Shown here: one piece after another, positions 16,530 through 31,121 of the stretch
How positions within the stretch are numbered: the stretch's first letter is position 1
Layout of the letters: every line of letters starts with the position of its first letter
Assembly (NCBI GenBank): GCA_009914755.4
Contig: CP068257.2
Span: 36,384,001-36,448,000, forward strand
Direction: 5' to 3'
DNA length: 64,000 nucleotides
From: the human T2T-CHM13v2.0 reference genome, Homo sapiens
Notes under the pieces: generated by a model
What the model was told of the DNA's origin: nothing
Database searches by the model: none
What the model saw: the letters and a program-made list of their open reading frames with translations, nothing else
Translations under genes and position numbers: made by a program

Positions 16530-18094
16530 GTAAATTACTACCAGTAGAGTGGGGCATTGCTGAAAAGATACCCAAAAATGTGGAAACGACTTTGGAATTG
16601 GGTAACAGGCAGAGGTTAGAACAGATTGGAGGGCTAAGAAGAAGACAGGAAATTGTGGAAATGTTTGGAACTTCCTAGAGGCTTGTTGAATGGCTTTGAC
16701 CAAAATGCTGATAATAATATGAACAATGAAATCCAGGCTGAGGTGGTCTCAGATGGAGATGAGGAACTTGTTGGGAACTGGAGCAAAGGTGATTGTTATG
16801 TTTTAGCAAAGAGACTGGTGGCATTTTTCCCCTACCCTAGAGATTTGTGGAACTTTGAACTTGAGAGAGATGATTTAGGGCATCTGGTGGAAGAAATTTC
16901 TAAGCAGCAGAGCATTCAAGATGTGACTTGGGTGCTGTTAAAGGCATTCAGTTTTATAAAGGAAGCAGAGCATAAAAGTTCAGAAAATTTGCAGTCTGAC
17001 AATGCAATAGAAAAAAAAAATTCATTTTCTGAGGAGAAATCCAAATCAGCTGCAGAAATTTGTGTAATGAGCAGCCAAATGTTAATCCCCAAGACCATGC
17101 GGAAAATGTCTCTAGGCCATGTCAGAGATCTTCATGGCAGCCCCTCTCATCACAGGCCTGGAGGCCTAGAAGGAAAAAGTGATTTTGTGGGCTGGGCCCA
17201 GGGTCCCCATGCTGTGTGCAGCCTAGGGATTTGGTGCCCTGCATCCCAGCCGCTCCAGCTGTGGCTGAAAGGGGCCAATGTAGAGCTCAGGCTGTGGCTT
17301 CCGTGGATGCAAGCCCCAAGCCTTGGCAGTGTGGTGTTGAGCCTGCAGGTGCACAGAAGTCAAGAACTGAGGTTTGGACACCTCTGCCTAGATTTCACAG
17401 GATGTAGGGAAATGCCTGGATGTCCAGGCAGAATTTTGCTGCAGGGGCAGGACCCTCATGGAAAACCTCTACTAGGGCAGTGCAGAAGGGAAATGTGGGG
17501 TTGAAGCCCCCACACAGAGTCCCTACTGGGGCACCACCTTGTGCAGCTGTGAGAAGAGGGCCACCATCTTCCAGACCCCAGAATGGTAGATCCACTGACA
17601 GGTTGCACTGTGCACCTGGAAAAACTACAGACATTCAACACCAGCATGAAAGCAGCTGGGAGGGAGGCTGTACCCTGCAGAGCCACAGGGGCAGAGCTGT
17701 CCAAGACCATGGGAACCCACCTTTTGCATCAGCATGACCCAGATGTGAGACGTGGAGTCAAAGGAGATCATTTTGGAGCTTTAAGATTTGACTGCCCTGC
17801 TGGATTTCAGATTTGCATGGGGCCTGTAGCCCCTTTGTTTTTGCCAATTTCTCCCATTTGGAATGGCTGTATTTACCCAATGGCTGTACCCCCATTGCAT
17901 CTAGGAAGTGACTAAGTTGCTTTTGATTTTACAGGCTCATAGGTGGAAGGGACTTGCCTTGTCTCAGATGAGACTTTGGACTGTGGACTTTTGAGTTAAT
18001 GCTGAAATGAATTAAGACTTTGGGGGACTGTTGGGAAGGCATAATTGGTTTTGAAATGTGAAGATATGAGATTTGGGAGGGGCCAGGGGTGGAA
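16530..18094 (+). mobile_element. THE1 internal region (THE1-int)
   Basis: Begins 'gtaaattactaccagtagagtggggcattgctgaaaagatacccaaaaatgtggaaacgactttggaattgggtaacaggcagaggttagaacag' and ends '...gggactgttgggaaggcataattggttttgaaatgtgaagatatgagatttgggaggggccaggggtggaa', as expected for THE1-int. Confidence 0.75.
16653..17504 (+). other. 283-aa ORF (the longest non-low-complexity ORF in the window) lying wholly inside THE1-int; a retroelement-derived ORF remnant, not a host gene
   Basis: The ORF sits within 16530-18094. MaLR internal regions carry a non-functional gag-like remnant. The region contains frequent stops in other frames and no splice/CpG-island context. Confidence 0.6.
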
Positions 18095-18434
18095 TGATAT
18101 GATTTGGCTCTGTGTCCCCACCCAAATCTCATCTTGTAGCTTCCATAATTACCACATGTTGTGAGAGGAACCCAGTGAGAGATGATTGAATCATGGGGGT
18201 GGGTCTTTCCTGTGCTGTTCTCATGCTAGTGAATGGATTTCATGAGATCTGATGGTTTTAAAAATGGGAGTTTCTCTGCATAAGCTCTCTTTTTGCCTGC
18301 TGCCATCTTGCCTTCCATCATGATTGTGAGGCCTCCCCAGCCATGTAGAACTGTAAGTCTAATAAACCTCTTTCTTTTGTAAATTGCCCAGTCTTGGGTA
18401 TGTATTTGTCAGCATGTAAAAACAGACTAATACA
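18095..18434 (+). mobile_element. THE1 3' LTR
   Basis: Carries 'tgatatgatttggctctgtgtccccacccaaatctcatcttgtagcttccataattaccacatgttgtgagaggaacccagtgagagatgattgaatcatggggg...cagactaataca'. Confidence 0.8.
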
Positions 18435-21329
18435 CCTTCCCTCCAATGGCTTTATTTCCATATTTTGCTGGACCAATTTTCACCTTCATTTTTAACTCCC
18501 TCATTTGTTTTGTCTTGCAAGCTTAACTAAGGTTTGAGGTGGGCAGACATTTCTGAAGACAGTGATCTCTTTTTAATGACATGCCACAGTTGGAAGCTAC
18601 CTTGTTAGGAAGTACAAAACTGGGAGGCATTTGTCTTACACTTTCATCTGGTAAAGTGATTCAAAGACCAATTCAAACTTCGTTGAAATTATAGTAACAT
18701 TTTAGAAAATGACACACACAAACCCAAATGGCACATGCAAATGCAAACCTTAGCATGCAGAATCCTTGGAATTGCCAAATGTTCACCAAATGAGGTGTAC
18801 ATTTCTGTGAGTATAATGGATAGCATTAAAGATTAAGAATGCTGGAAACTCTGTGTTGGATTAATGTCCAGAAACTTCTGATTAGTTTTAAACACAGTAA
18901 CTTAGAACACAACAGCTTTCCCCTTTTTATTTTTATTATGCCAGAAATTGTGTGGTAAAGTTTTCACTGTAGAAAAAAATTAGAAAACATTAAAATATCA
19001 CAAGCCTGCCTCAATGTCACCACCCACTAATAAGCAATATAAATAATTTGGTTTATATTTCCATAAAATTAGTTAAAAGGGTATCATGTTATATACTATT
19101 TTTAGCTGTTTAGCTCAGTGATGAAAATACCATAGAACTTTTCTTTTAAAATAGATAATAGTTCAGGGTTTATTAATTGAGCATCTTCTGTATATCAGGC
19201 ATTTGAGGTATTGGGATAGAGTGGGGAGCTCACAGAACTTTCAGTTGAGTGGAGGAGTTAGTCATTAATGAAGACACATGCAGGGTGTGAGGAGAGGCTG
19301 AAATGGGGCTGGGGTTGGTTTAATTTGAAGGTCAAGAAGGAACTACAGGAAGAAGGGACATTTGAGCTGATATCTGAGGAATGAGAGAGAGATAGCAGGG
19401 AAACAGCTGGTCTGTCCAGACATGATAATCTCATATTTATTCCATGTTTTAGGTGCAGCTTCAAACTTACCATCTTAGCATTGTAAGAAGCCTCCCCTTC
19501 TGCCTCTCCTGCCCCTCTACCTTACCTTGTGGCTCTTTTCTTGGGTCAGGAGCCTGGAGGTCTGGGAGTCCAGCTCTGAGCCTGCTCCCTGCTCATACCT
19601 GCTGTTTCTCTCTTCTGTTACACATCCTTCTCTCTCTGACTCAGCTAGGTCCAATACTAGGTCTTTTCTCAATAGGAGAATCGTGTATTAGGAGAGAAAT
19701 TTTCTATTCTTATCACCAATTACAAGATGCCAAGAAAAGCTTATTCAATAAAATATGTGGTGCAATTGTGAGATTCCCTTCATTGCAGGTGAGAATATTC
19801 TTCCAACAGAGTTGAGGTCAAATTCTCCCAGCAGTTACCGGGTGACTCTGTCATTGTGAGCACAATGTAAGTAAGCAAGAAGTTGGGTTTTCCAGGCCCT
19901 ACAGTATGCATCTGAATAGCACTCATCACACGGTTTGGGGGAACCAGTCTCTTCCTCTTTACTAGAGGTGTAACTAGGGCAGGTTATTGAAACTCTGCTA
20001 ACCTCAGTTTTCTCACTGATAAATGTCCTAATAAGCTCAGACTACTATAACAGAATACCACATACTTTGTGGCTTAAACAAGAGAAATTTATTTTCTCAC
20101 AGTTCTGGAGGCTGGATGTCCAAAATAATGGGTGCTGGCTGATTCAGCTTGTGGTGAGGGCTCTCCTCCTAGCTTGCAGACCGCCACCTTCCCATTGTAT
20201 CCTCACATATGGTGAAGAGGGAGGGAGCTCTGGTCTCTGTTCCTCTTCTTACAGGGATGTTAATCCCATTATAGAGACCCCCACTCTCATGACCTCATCT
20301 AACTTTATCAGCCTCCCAAAGGCCTCACCACGCAAATACCATCACATTGGGGGTAAGTGCTTCAACATATGAATTTGGGGGGAACACAAATATTGAGTCC
20401 ATAACAATACAGTAGGGATGATGACACTGTTGTTGGCTTCTGTTGTTTTTGTCTGCTCAGCATCCCTTTCCTTGAGAAGCAGCCATGCACCATCTGGTGC
20501 TGGGGAGAGGCACTGCCAATGCCACAAGTCCCACCTCTCTGGTCATGGAGGGGGCCATGAAATTCAGGCCCAGCCAGTGATAGTGACCTATCCTTTTAGC
20601 CTCAGAGTCAGGCTCAAGGTTGTGAATGTGACTCAAATAAGGTCAATCAATCCTTCTCTGGGGTCTTATTTACAGATGATGAGCGAGACCCTGACTCTTT
20701 CCTAGGCCCATGAGCTAAAAAAAACTATGGGCAGCCATGGTCTCCATCGCACAGGAGAGATCTTGTCTGTAACAGGAAAGAATAAACCAAAAAGAGCTGA
20801 GAATAAGGGGATCAGGGAGAGAGGAAGGGGCCCGTAACAGTGGAGGAGACACCCACCCTTGTCATCCCTGAGGTTAACTTCACCCTTAGACTTCCCTGTG
20901 ATGCTTCTTTAGCATTCCTTTTCATTGGCATTAGTTTTGGTTGTGTTTTCATCGATTGGAACTTAAAAAGTTCTGGCTAAATAAAATATTGACTTTATAG
21001 AGTTGTGAAAATTAAATTTTGTATTATGTTAAGGGCTTCATTATCAGAGCCTCTGGAAAATGGAAAGTACTTAATAACTTATGGCTAATTGTATTGGTGG
21101 CCCTTCTCTCTGTTTTTCTGGAACCTGGTTAGTAAACGGTGGTCCCTGTGGTCCAGTGGCATTGGCATCTCCCAGGAGCCAATTAGAAATGCTGAATCTC
21201 AGACCTCACCTAAAATCTGCTCAATCAGAATACGCATTTGGCAATGTCCATGCATGAATTGTATGCACATAAAGTATAAAAAGTACTGGCCTAACACCAA
21301 AAGCACAGGCAAGAAAAATAAAAATAGAC

Positions 21330-21622
21330 AAATTAGACTCCATCAAAATTTAAAACTTCTGTGCATCAAAGTGCATAGAGTGAAAGGAAAATCATGTATC
21401 TGACAAGGCGTTAAAATCCAGAATATATAAGGAATGTCTACAACTCAACAGCAGCAAAACCCAAGTAACCCAATTAAAAATGGGCAAAGGACTTGAATTT
21501 CTCCAAAGATGATATAAAAATGGCAATAAACACAGGAAAAAATGCTCCACATCACTAATCACTAGGGGAATGCAAATCAAAACCACAATGAGATATTGCC
21601 TATAACCATTAGGATGGCTATG

Positions 21623-21661
<39 letters not shown>

Positions 21662-22330
21662 GCAAGTGTTGGTATAGATATGGAGAAATTGAAATGCTTG
21701 TGCAGTGTTGGTGGAAATGTTAAATGGTGCAGCTGCTATGGAAAATGTATGAGGTTTCCCCTAAAAATTAAAAATAAAATTACCATATAATCTAGCAATT
21801 CCACTTCTGGATATATAATGAATATAATTGAAAACAGGATGTCAGTGAGATATGTGCTTGCCCATGTTCATAGCAGCAATATTCCAAGTAGCCAAGAGGT
21901 GAAAGCAATGCCAGTGTCCACTGATGGATGCATGGATAAACAAGATGTGGTATATCCATACAATGAAATATTGTTTAGCCTTAAAAAGGAGGAAAATTCT
22001 AATACATCCTACAACATTAATAAACCTTGAGGACATTATACTAAGTTAAATAAGCCAGTCATAAACAGACAAATACTATATAAGTTCACTTATGTGGGGT
22101 ATCTAAGGTAGTCGAATTCATAAAACCAGAAAGTAGAATGGGGCTGTGGGGGTGGTGATGGGGGAATGGGGAGTTGTTCAATGGGCAAAGAGTTTTAGTC
22201 TTGCAAGATGAGAAGTTCTGGGGATTTGTCTCACAACAACGTGAATATACTTAACATGACTGAATTGTGCACTTGGAAATGGTTAACACTGTAAATTATG
22301 TTATGTACGTTTTACTAAATAAAAAAGAAA
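21330..22330 (+). mobile_element. Old L1 (L1M/L1PB-type) 3' ~1 kb (ORF2 C-terminus plus 3'UTR)
   Basis: Carries '...aaaatccagaatatataaggaatgtctacaactcaacagcagcaaaacccaagtaacccaattaaaaatgggcaaaggacttgaat...gggaatgcaaatcaaaaccacaatgagatattgcc...cattatactaagttaaataagccagtcataaacagacaaatactatataagttcacttatgtggggtatctaagg...ggttaacactgtaaattatgttatgtacgttttactaaataaaaaag'. The 5' boundary is approximate. Confidence 0.85.
21625..21660. repeat. (CA)18 microsatellite embedded in the L1
   Basis: A perfect 'cacaca...' run, directly visible. Confidence 0.97.
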
Positions 22331-22336
22331 TAAGAC

Positions 22337-22636
22337 GGGCTGGGCGCGATGGCTCACGCCTGTAATCCCAGCACTTTGGGAGGCTGATGTGGGTGGATCA
22401 TGAGGTCAGGAGATCAAGACCATCCTGGCTAACATAGTGAAACCCTGTCTCTACTAAAAGTACAAAAAATTAGTTGGGCGTGGTGGCATGCACTTATAGT
22501 CCCAGCTACTCAGGAGGCTGAAGCAGGAGAATCACTTGAACCCAGGAGGCGGAGGTTGCAGTGAGCCAAGATTGTGCCACTGCACTCCAGCCTGGGTGAC
22601 AGAGCGAGACTCCGTCTCAACAAAAAAAAAAAAAAA
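22337..22636 (+). mobile_element. Alu (AluS-like) inserted at the A-rich end of the preceding L1
   Basis: Carries 'gggctgggcgcgatggctcacgcctgtaatcccagcactttgggaggctgatgtgggtggatcatgaggtcaggagatcaagaccatcctggctaacatagtgaaaccctgtctctactaaaag...'. It has a poly(A) and a (GAAA)n-like tail to ~22656. The TSD is 'aaagaaataagac'. Confidence 0.95.
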
Positions 22637-25300
22637 GAAAGGAAGAAAGAAAGAAATAAGACAAATGTAAACAAAACAAGAAAAACACTGACCTGCTACA
22701 CTGGGGTTCTTTGATAGAAAAGTCTGAAAATATGAGATGTTACAAGTGGATGGCTTCCTAATTCCAAGTAGAAACACTCAGATGTGTACCGTGGAAGTCA
22801 GAAAGTCAATGAGATAAACAGACTTCACAAACAAGTTTAAAAAGAGTTGGTGGCGTGAATGTCACTGGCGAAGATTTTACAACTAGCAGTCTTCGTCTGT
22901 CGCCTGGCTTTCACAGAACTTAAAAAAAGCCTCATAATTTAAGTTTGACTTGTCTCTTCGATCACTGTTACCGTGTTCTTTATAGTAAATGTAGTCAGGA
23001 TTCTTTTGTACCCTAACTAGGGCAAGTTTGTTTTTGGAATAAATGCAGCCCTCAAAATACAGAAGAACTCTGTTCCAGAAAAATTTATTTCTAGGTCAGT
23101 TGAATACAAGTTTGAACTCATTTGTAGTTGAAAACAACGCTAGAAATAGTCTTTAAGTTATTAGATGTGTACACAAATCTTACAACATAAAAGTGCTTAA
23201 GATGAATTTCACTCACAGCCAGTGACCACTTCTAACAGCAGAACTTTTTGCAGTTCGGAGAAGGAGACCTGAGACACATTTACCCTTCCTCAACCACCCA
23301 GAGGGGATTGTTTGTTAGGAGGCTGCCAAGGTATAGCCCAGGGGGTTGGAGATGACCTGATGTCATGCTGCCTCCAGCACAGTTGGATTTTGGTCCTTGG
23401 CTTTTCCCTAGTGTCATTAAACACATCCCCTAAGAAAAATGCTCACTCTTTGGCCTTTGGTCATCACTGATGAGTTCTAGATCTCTCTATCAGAAGTCTA
23501 CAGGCATCATAATTAGCTAGAAAGGGTTCTAAGCCTAAGACTCCTCCCTCTTTCTAGGATTCTGTTCAATGCAGTGTAGCCATGAAGATTCTCTCTTTCA
23601 AAAGAGACCTCACTATTCTGTCAATGGCTGGGCAAGTGCCCAAAGCCTACCCAAATGGAAGGCTTCTGAGAAGCCTGGGTGGAGAACACAGATTTGCCCA
23701 GTGCTCAGAGCTTCTGTGGGAGGCTGAATAATGCCTCCCCGAAGATAGCCATGTCCTAATCCCTGAAATCTGTGAATGTTACCTTGTGGCATAAAAAAAG
23801 GATCTTTACAGATGTAATTAAGAATCTTGAGATGGGCAGAGTCTCCTGGATGACCAAGTGAGTCCTAGTCCTAAGTACAATCACATGTACTCTTTGTAAC
23901 AGGGAGGCAGAGGGAGATTTGGTAACACTCAGAGGAGAAGGTGACTTGAAGGGAGAGCAAAGAGAGGTTGGAAGACTCTGGCCTTGAAGACAAGAGATTA
24001 GAAGATAGCATCCCCACAAGTCAAGGGATGATGGCAGCCACCAAAGGGTTTCCTGTTGACACCTCGATTATAGTCCAGTGATTCTAATTTCTGGCCTCCA
24101 GAACTGTGGGAGAATGAACTGCGATTGCCTGAAGGCAGCAAGTTTGTGGTCATTTGTTATAGCAGCCACAGGACATGAATACAGCCCCCATCTGCCACCT
24201 GCATCCATCCTTGGCACTCTGGTGCATGTGCTCCGAGCCAAGTATTACCCACGTGGCTGGCTGCAAGGAGACAGAAAGCAAGGACAGGCTGTGATACCTG
24301 AGCAGGAAGAAGGACAACAGGGAAACAGAAGACCTATTGCACTGATGAGAAGGAGAAGGGAGAGACCTGCCTTTACAGCACAATGTATTAAAATATGACA
24401 CCATGAATTCCAGGTTTCCACACCGTCTCCCTTCAGGGAGAAGGAGCAGAATAGTAACAAGGAATTGAAATCTTGTGTACCAGACGATCCCATCACTGCC
24501 TTTACCACCTCCCATGGACACATTATGGACAAAGGGAGCTTGGGGCACAAATAGTCCTCCTTTCTCAAGCTTTATCTTGTCCTAAATTGATCTCATTATC
24601 TCCCTTGTTCTGTCTCTACCCCTCTCAACTTATGCTGCCTTCCGTGCCCCCACTTTAGTTTATAGCATCATCATCATCTGCCCTATATGTACCCAAGAGA
24701 AGTGGGACCACCCTGACTCCCCTTTTTTCCATCCTGCCCCATATCTCATTAGAAATGTAAGCCCTTTGTATTATCCACTGAACATATTTCATTGATAATT
24801 TTTCCTTTTTCATTCTCATTGTCAGTCCCTAATTGAAGTCCTCTTTCACAGGAGCTTCACCATATCCCAGTCCGATCCCACTACTTCCCTGATGGAAACC
24901 CTTCAGTGGGCTCCTGGCATGTTTCCCAGAAGGTCCCAGATCTCTGGCATCACTCTCTGTGGTTTGAACTTGCTTTCTTTCAAGATTCACCTGTAATTTT
25001 ATTCTGCTTTTCACTATAAACTGTAGACTATAGTTACACTTAAGATGTTACCATTTCCTGACCATGCCACGCGATTTCATGACACCAAGTCTATTCTCCT
25101 TGGCATAATGTACCATGGCTTCCCCAGCAGAACTGGGGGCAATGAAGGAATGAAGCCCTACATCAGTGCTTTCCTTTAAGACTGCAGGGAAGAAACATGG
25201 AGAACAGGCATCCAAAAGGGCAGGTCACCCCGGTGGCCATACGTTGCCCTCAGTAACTTCAGCCCCAGAGTCCCCAGCAAGTCTCAAAATCAACACATTT

Positions 25301-25600
<300 letters not shown>

Positions 25601-28015
25601 TCAACACATTTGCTCCAAGAGGCTCCAGGTGATGGCTTAAACATCTGATTCACCTTATCTTTTTCTTCCAGAATGTATACATTCATCCCTTGTTTAAAGA
25701 AGTTTGGTTTACTTTTTTTCTTTAATCTACCTGAGTTTAGAAGATGCCAGTCTTTGCATTTAGTAATTGTTTTGCAGCAAGTTAAAGAAAGCAACACTTC
25801 CACTCCAAGTCTATACCACCACCTCCTTGTGCTCCTCTTCCCTGAGTGTGAGTTTCTGCAGAGAAGGCCCTCAAATCCCCCACCCCAGCACCAATGCTTA
25901 GTGCTTCCTTCCCTGCTGGAGTGTGTGCAGGTGGGTAAGGACTTTGCTTGATGGTATAGTAGATATCTTAGAACACAGTTCATTCCTCTGTCAAAATGAG
26001 TCTGCTGATATACAGCTGTTGATTAAATACCCAAGCTTTGAATTGCCTAAGCATTTTCCCAGAGGTTTTAGCCTGGAAGTCACTAAGTTGCCTGTGAAAG
26101 TCAAGATTACATTTTCCCCCGATACCAGAAGAAACGAAAGCTCATGAGTTGTTGAGTGCAGCTATGGAGAAATAGAATGTCACCTCTCTGTACAGGTAAA
26201 CTTCTTTAACCTCCTAACATCCCATTGGGCAGAAGTCATGTCTGTCCCCTGAGAAGGGATCAGCTTCTCTCCCACATGGATCACACTTTAGGTCAACTTT
26301 CGGACCCAGGTCTACACTCTTACTTCTTGGAAAGCAGGTTGTTTTATCCAAAGTGTTCTTCATGCGCCGTAGCGACTTCTGCAAGAAAAGTCTATGTACG
26401 TGGTAGGGGCTACAGTCCATCCCACGCATGCCCCATGGAAGAAAACCCTTCTGCATCCTGCTTTTCTGCTGCTGGGTGATTGGAATTCATCACTGGCTGT
26501 CTCCAGTTCAGAGGTGGCCCACAATTGTAGCAGTCCCCGTTAATGGATAATATAGGATGTTTTGCATACTTTGGCCAAATATGGTTGTCATTTTAATGTA
26601 TGAACCGACACAGTCTAAGATTTAGGTCTTTCCTGAACTTCATTCTGGCCCTATCATTTTATGCACATTCTGTAAATGCGGGGGAGGAGACAATGATAAG
26701 GAAAAAGCATGGAACTTCACAACTACAAGCTCTGAAAGGGTCTGCTCTACAGAGGATCATCAGACATTCCTGGTACATATCCTATTTGGATCACACTGTG
26801 CAACCAGTCCTAGGTCAGGTGGCAGAAAGGGTTGCCTGCCCTCTTTATGAGGAGAGGAATCTACTTCTTAACCTGCTTGCTGAACTCTTCAGTGACCTCA
26901 CCTCTGACAGCAAAGTCATGGAGATCTTTCTGGCCAGGTTTGTAAAAGTTAGGTAGCTAGCACGGCAGCTCTGAGAAAACATGAGAGTGTGTCCTGCATC
27001 CACTTTTTGGGCTCTGTAGCAAATTTGGGTGCTGCCTAAGGGAATGAAACAACCTCCCTATGTATAACCTGATCTCTCTAATTGTACCTTAATTTGCTTA
27101 TGCAGAAAATCACTGGAATTAGAGCCACACATCCTGCTCATTCTGACTAGTACTTCATCCAGCCAAGTCCAGTAACTATGGGAAGGGAAAGCAGCTGAGG
27201 GTCACTCTCTTTCGGAAAGGTTTTCATCCGCTTGCAAACCCACCCACACCTCTGCCTTCACTCCTGTAATCAAAGATGCAGATCTTTCTTAGGGCAATTA
27301 GGTCTATTCATCTCCTATTTCTATTTTCAGTGTGCCTCTCCCCGCAACACCCAAACACTCAGGTCAGTTCTTCCACCCATGAAAGCATAATGAATACTTA
27401 CCTACCTGCTCTGGGCACCTCTGGAATTTCAGCAAGCAAGTATTTGATAAGCAAAGCCTAGTTTCCTGTTAATTATACTCAGAAATATGACTCATACAAA
27501 AGAAGCACAAAACTAATTGGAAAAAGAAATAAAATTAGGCCTGAGAAAGTAAGAAAGTGAAATCATGCAATGGTAATGGGAGAAAAAAATATCCATGATG
27601 ATAAGACTGAATTAATAGCTTAGATGAGTGTGTGTCGGGGGAGCAGGGAGGGATGATACACCCAGGAAGTGATCATAGAGGGTGGAGATTTGCACTGACA
27701 TATGAGTCATGACCAAATGGAACAATAAGTTTTGTTTTATGAGATAAAATGTCCAGCCAATTTAGTCCACCATTTAATTGGTTTTACTGATTTTTTTTTC
27801 ATGGAGTTGACTCATGGTTGTCTTCTTCGTTTTCCCTATTAAATTCCTCCTCCCTATTAAATTGTCTGGTTTGCATTAAGATGATAACTGCCCCACTCTT
27901 AAAGATGATTGGAAAACTGGTACAGAGGAGAGAAATCCGTCCTGGAAATAAGACAGAATTTTCTAAAGTAGGATGATGGAGGGCCTTTCTGTACCATAAA
28001 CAAAGAAGGGAAGGA

Positions 28016-28389
<374 letters not shown>

Positions 28390-28814
28390 TTATAAACTGA
28401 TGAGTTTGGGTGCTCCTTGGATTGAAAGATTCCTAAATCAGCTAATCCCTTTCTCCTCAGAATTATGTCTTTCTGTATAGCAGTCTGTCCTCCAAGTTGG
28501 GAAACTGGGAGTTAGGCTACCTGTGTAGTCTTCTGATTTTACTAAGAAACAGAAAATAATGGAACAGGGAACACACAGAGAGGAAGGAACCAGGAAACCA
28601 GTTTTCCCCATCCTGATAGTCACTCTTCTGTTTCCCACAGCTGCTTCCTTCAGCAGTAACGTCTCACCATTGAGTGGCCAGGGTGTCCTCAGAGCCATCT
28701 TGGGTCCCTTGGTGGCCTGAGTGGGTAGGTCATAGTGGGTGTCTACCTAAGCCCAGTAGGGCCAATATTTATTGAATGACTGTTATGTTTCAGGCACATT
28801 GCCTACAGTCCACT

Positions 28815-28915
28815 AATCCTTAGAGATGAGAAAACAGAAGATGACAAGTTAAGTAATTTTCCCTAAGTTTGGTAAATAAGGAAACCGGGATTTGAGGCTA
28901 TCTGATGCTCAATCC
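28815..28915 (-). mobile_element. Possible MIR fragment (antisense)
   Basis: 'tagagatgagaaaacagaagatgacaagttaagtaattttccctaagtttggtaaataaggaaaccgggatttgaggc' resembles the reverse complement of the MIR core ('tttacagatgaggaaactgaggcacagagaggttaagtaacttgcccaaggtcacacagc...gggattcgaacccag'). Confidence 0.45.
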
Positions 28916-29159
28916 TGCATTATTTCTGCTAACCCAAGCTGTCTGTTTCATCAGGTAACAATTTTTTTTTCAGGAACTCGTTTAGATTTTATGGTTGTAT
29001 TAGGAAATCAAGCCTAGAATAATGCATAGAGTCATGCTATGCTGAGATGTTTATTAGCTTCTATTTTCAGAGAGAGCTAGATTTGCTTTTTCCTGGATCA
29101 ACTTTCTAAGTTCTAAAGCAAATGCCCCAAAGAATATTTCAGGTAGAGCTTAGTTCTCC

Positions 29160-29290
29160 ATCTTGAAAATTCATACCACAACCCTTCTTGAGTGCCTGCT
29201 AAGAGCAGTTTCCATGTGAAGTGCTTGGAGATGATTAAAACACATCACTGCCTATGGGGCTCTCAAGGTGAAGTGAAGGGAACTCCTAGA
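29160..29290 (+). repeat. Copy A of a ~125-bp dispersed or locally duplicated unit; an inverted copy B lies at 31215-31334
   Basis: 'ataccacaacccttcttgagtgcctgctaagagcagtttccatgtgaagtgcttggagatgattaaaacacatcactgcctatgg...gaagtgaagggaac' is the reverse complement of 31215-31334, at roughly 90% identity. Confidence 0.55.
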
Positions 29291-29996
29291 GACCCAGAGA
29301 ACTGTACATAATGAGAAAGTGCAGTGGTGCAGCTGAGCACGGGAGCCTAGAAAGAGCATAATACCTTCAACTGCTATTGATTGAGTGTTACTCTGCTTCT
29401 CTGTCTCTGCTTCTCTGTCTCTGTCTAGCATGCCTAAGTTTGCTATTTCCAAGATCTGGATTTTGGGGTATAATGCCTATCTGCTGTTTTTTTTTTTCTG
29501 TCCCCCTCTCCCCACTCTTTTTTGGCACTACACTGTTTTTCTTCTGAAAAACTGTCCTTCTGCCATACCTGGTTCATGTGACTCTGAAGTGTGGCTTGAT
29601 CCACTTCTTGGCAAGGACTCACATGAGAGGCCTGGCCCATTGGTGTATTCCACATCCCTGTCCAGTGGCTGGTTTGGGAATAGGCATGTGACCCAAGTCA
29701 GACCAGAGCAGAGTAATCTGAGGACATTCAGGGACCTATGGAGAAAGAGATACCCTCTTTATGGCTGCTGAGCAGGTAGGAGGCACAGCTGGATATACAG
29801 AGCTCCCATAGAGGACAGGGTGCCTGGGAAAGAAGCTGATGTAGAAGACAAAATGTGGGCGGGGTCCTGGTGACAACTTTGTGTCCTGGGCCAGGCCATA
29901 TTTAACTAGATGCATGGACTTGTAGATCTGTAATCCCACAAATCTCCAACACGTCCTTTACCCTATCTCACCAGGAAGAGTTTGAGTAACCCTTAA

Positions 29997-30514
<518 letters not shown>

Positions 30515-31121
30515 TTCTAAAAACCTTGGTTTCACCATCAATGGTTATTTGCAGGTCACGTCACTGGTCACTGGTGGCCTTCTCACAGCATAAAACTGTT
30601 AATGAACTGAGACTGTAGACTTGAAAAAAGTGTGAAATGGAAAAACACCAAAACACCTGTCTTCTGTGATGTTTGTATACAACCAATTATTTGCAATAAT
30701 CACAACCGGCTTGAATACAATATAAAAAGAACCTTTCCATTATACTGTTAAAAGTATACAAATGCCTCACTCAAGTCTTTCAATTAATATAAAGTATGAT
30801 TGAGAAATTAAGCTTGTTAACTTTCCACCCCCATTCACCTAACGCAACATATTCAATATCATATATAAGAAACCTAAAACCACACCTAAACATGTAAAAC
30901 TCACCTAAACATTCATGTTCTGGTGCTATTGGCTGTACAAGTATGAGGAGATAGCTTTTAAATAAAAATGGCAACATATATTAAGTATATTTCATGAGGT
31001 AAGAAATTGCATGATTACCTAAGTCCTTTTGATGTAAATTGTACCACATTTTGCCTGCTCTGCCGGTTTAAACAAATCCACAGCCCTGGAAATTACTCTA
31101 GATTTGATTTTTGCGCTTCTA

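Larger units (their letters stand above)
16167..18434 (+). mobile_element. Apparently full-length THE1-family (ERVL-MaLR) element, 5'LTR-internal-3'LTR
   Basis: Two same-orientation LTRs of 340-363 bp start 'tgatatgGtttggctctgtgtcc(t)cacccaaatctcatcttgtagct' and end 'gaacagactaataca'. The internal region between them is 1565 bp. The flanking 5-mers 'ccctc' (16162-16166) and 'ccttc' (18435-18439) resemble a 5-bp TSD. Confidence 0.8.

Noticed and set aside
16653-17504. 283-aa ORF as a host protein-coding gene
   Set aside because: It is entirely within the THE1 internal region between two THE1 LTRs, so it is an expected retroelement ORF remnant. It is annotated as a feature of the element, not as a CDS.
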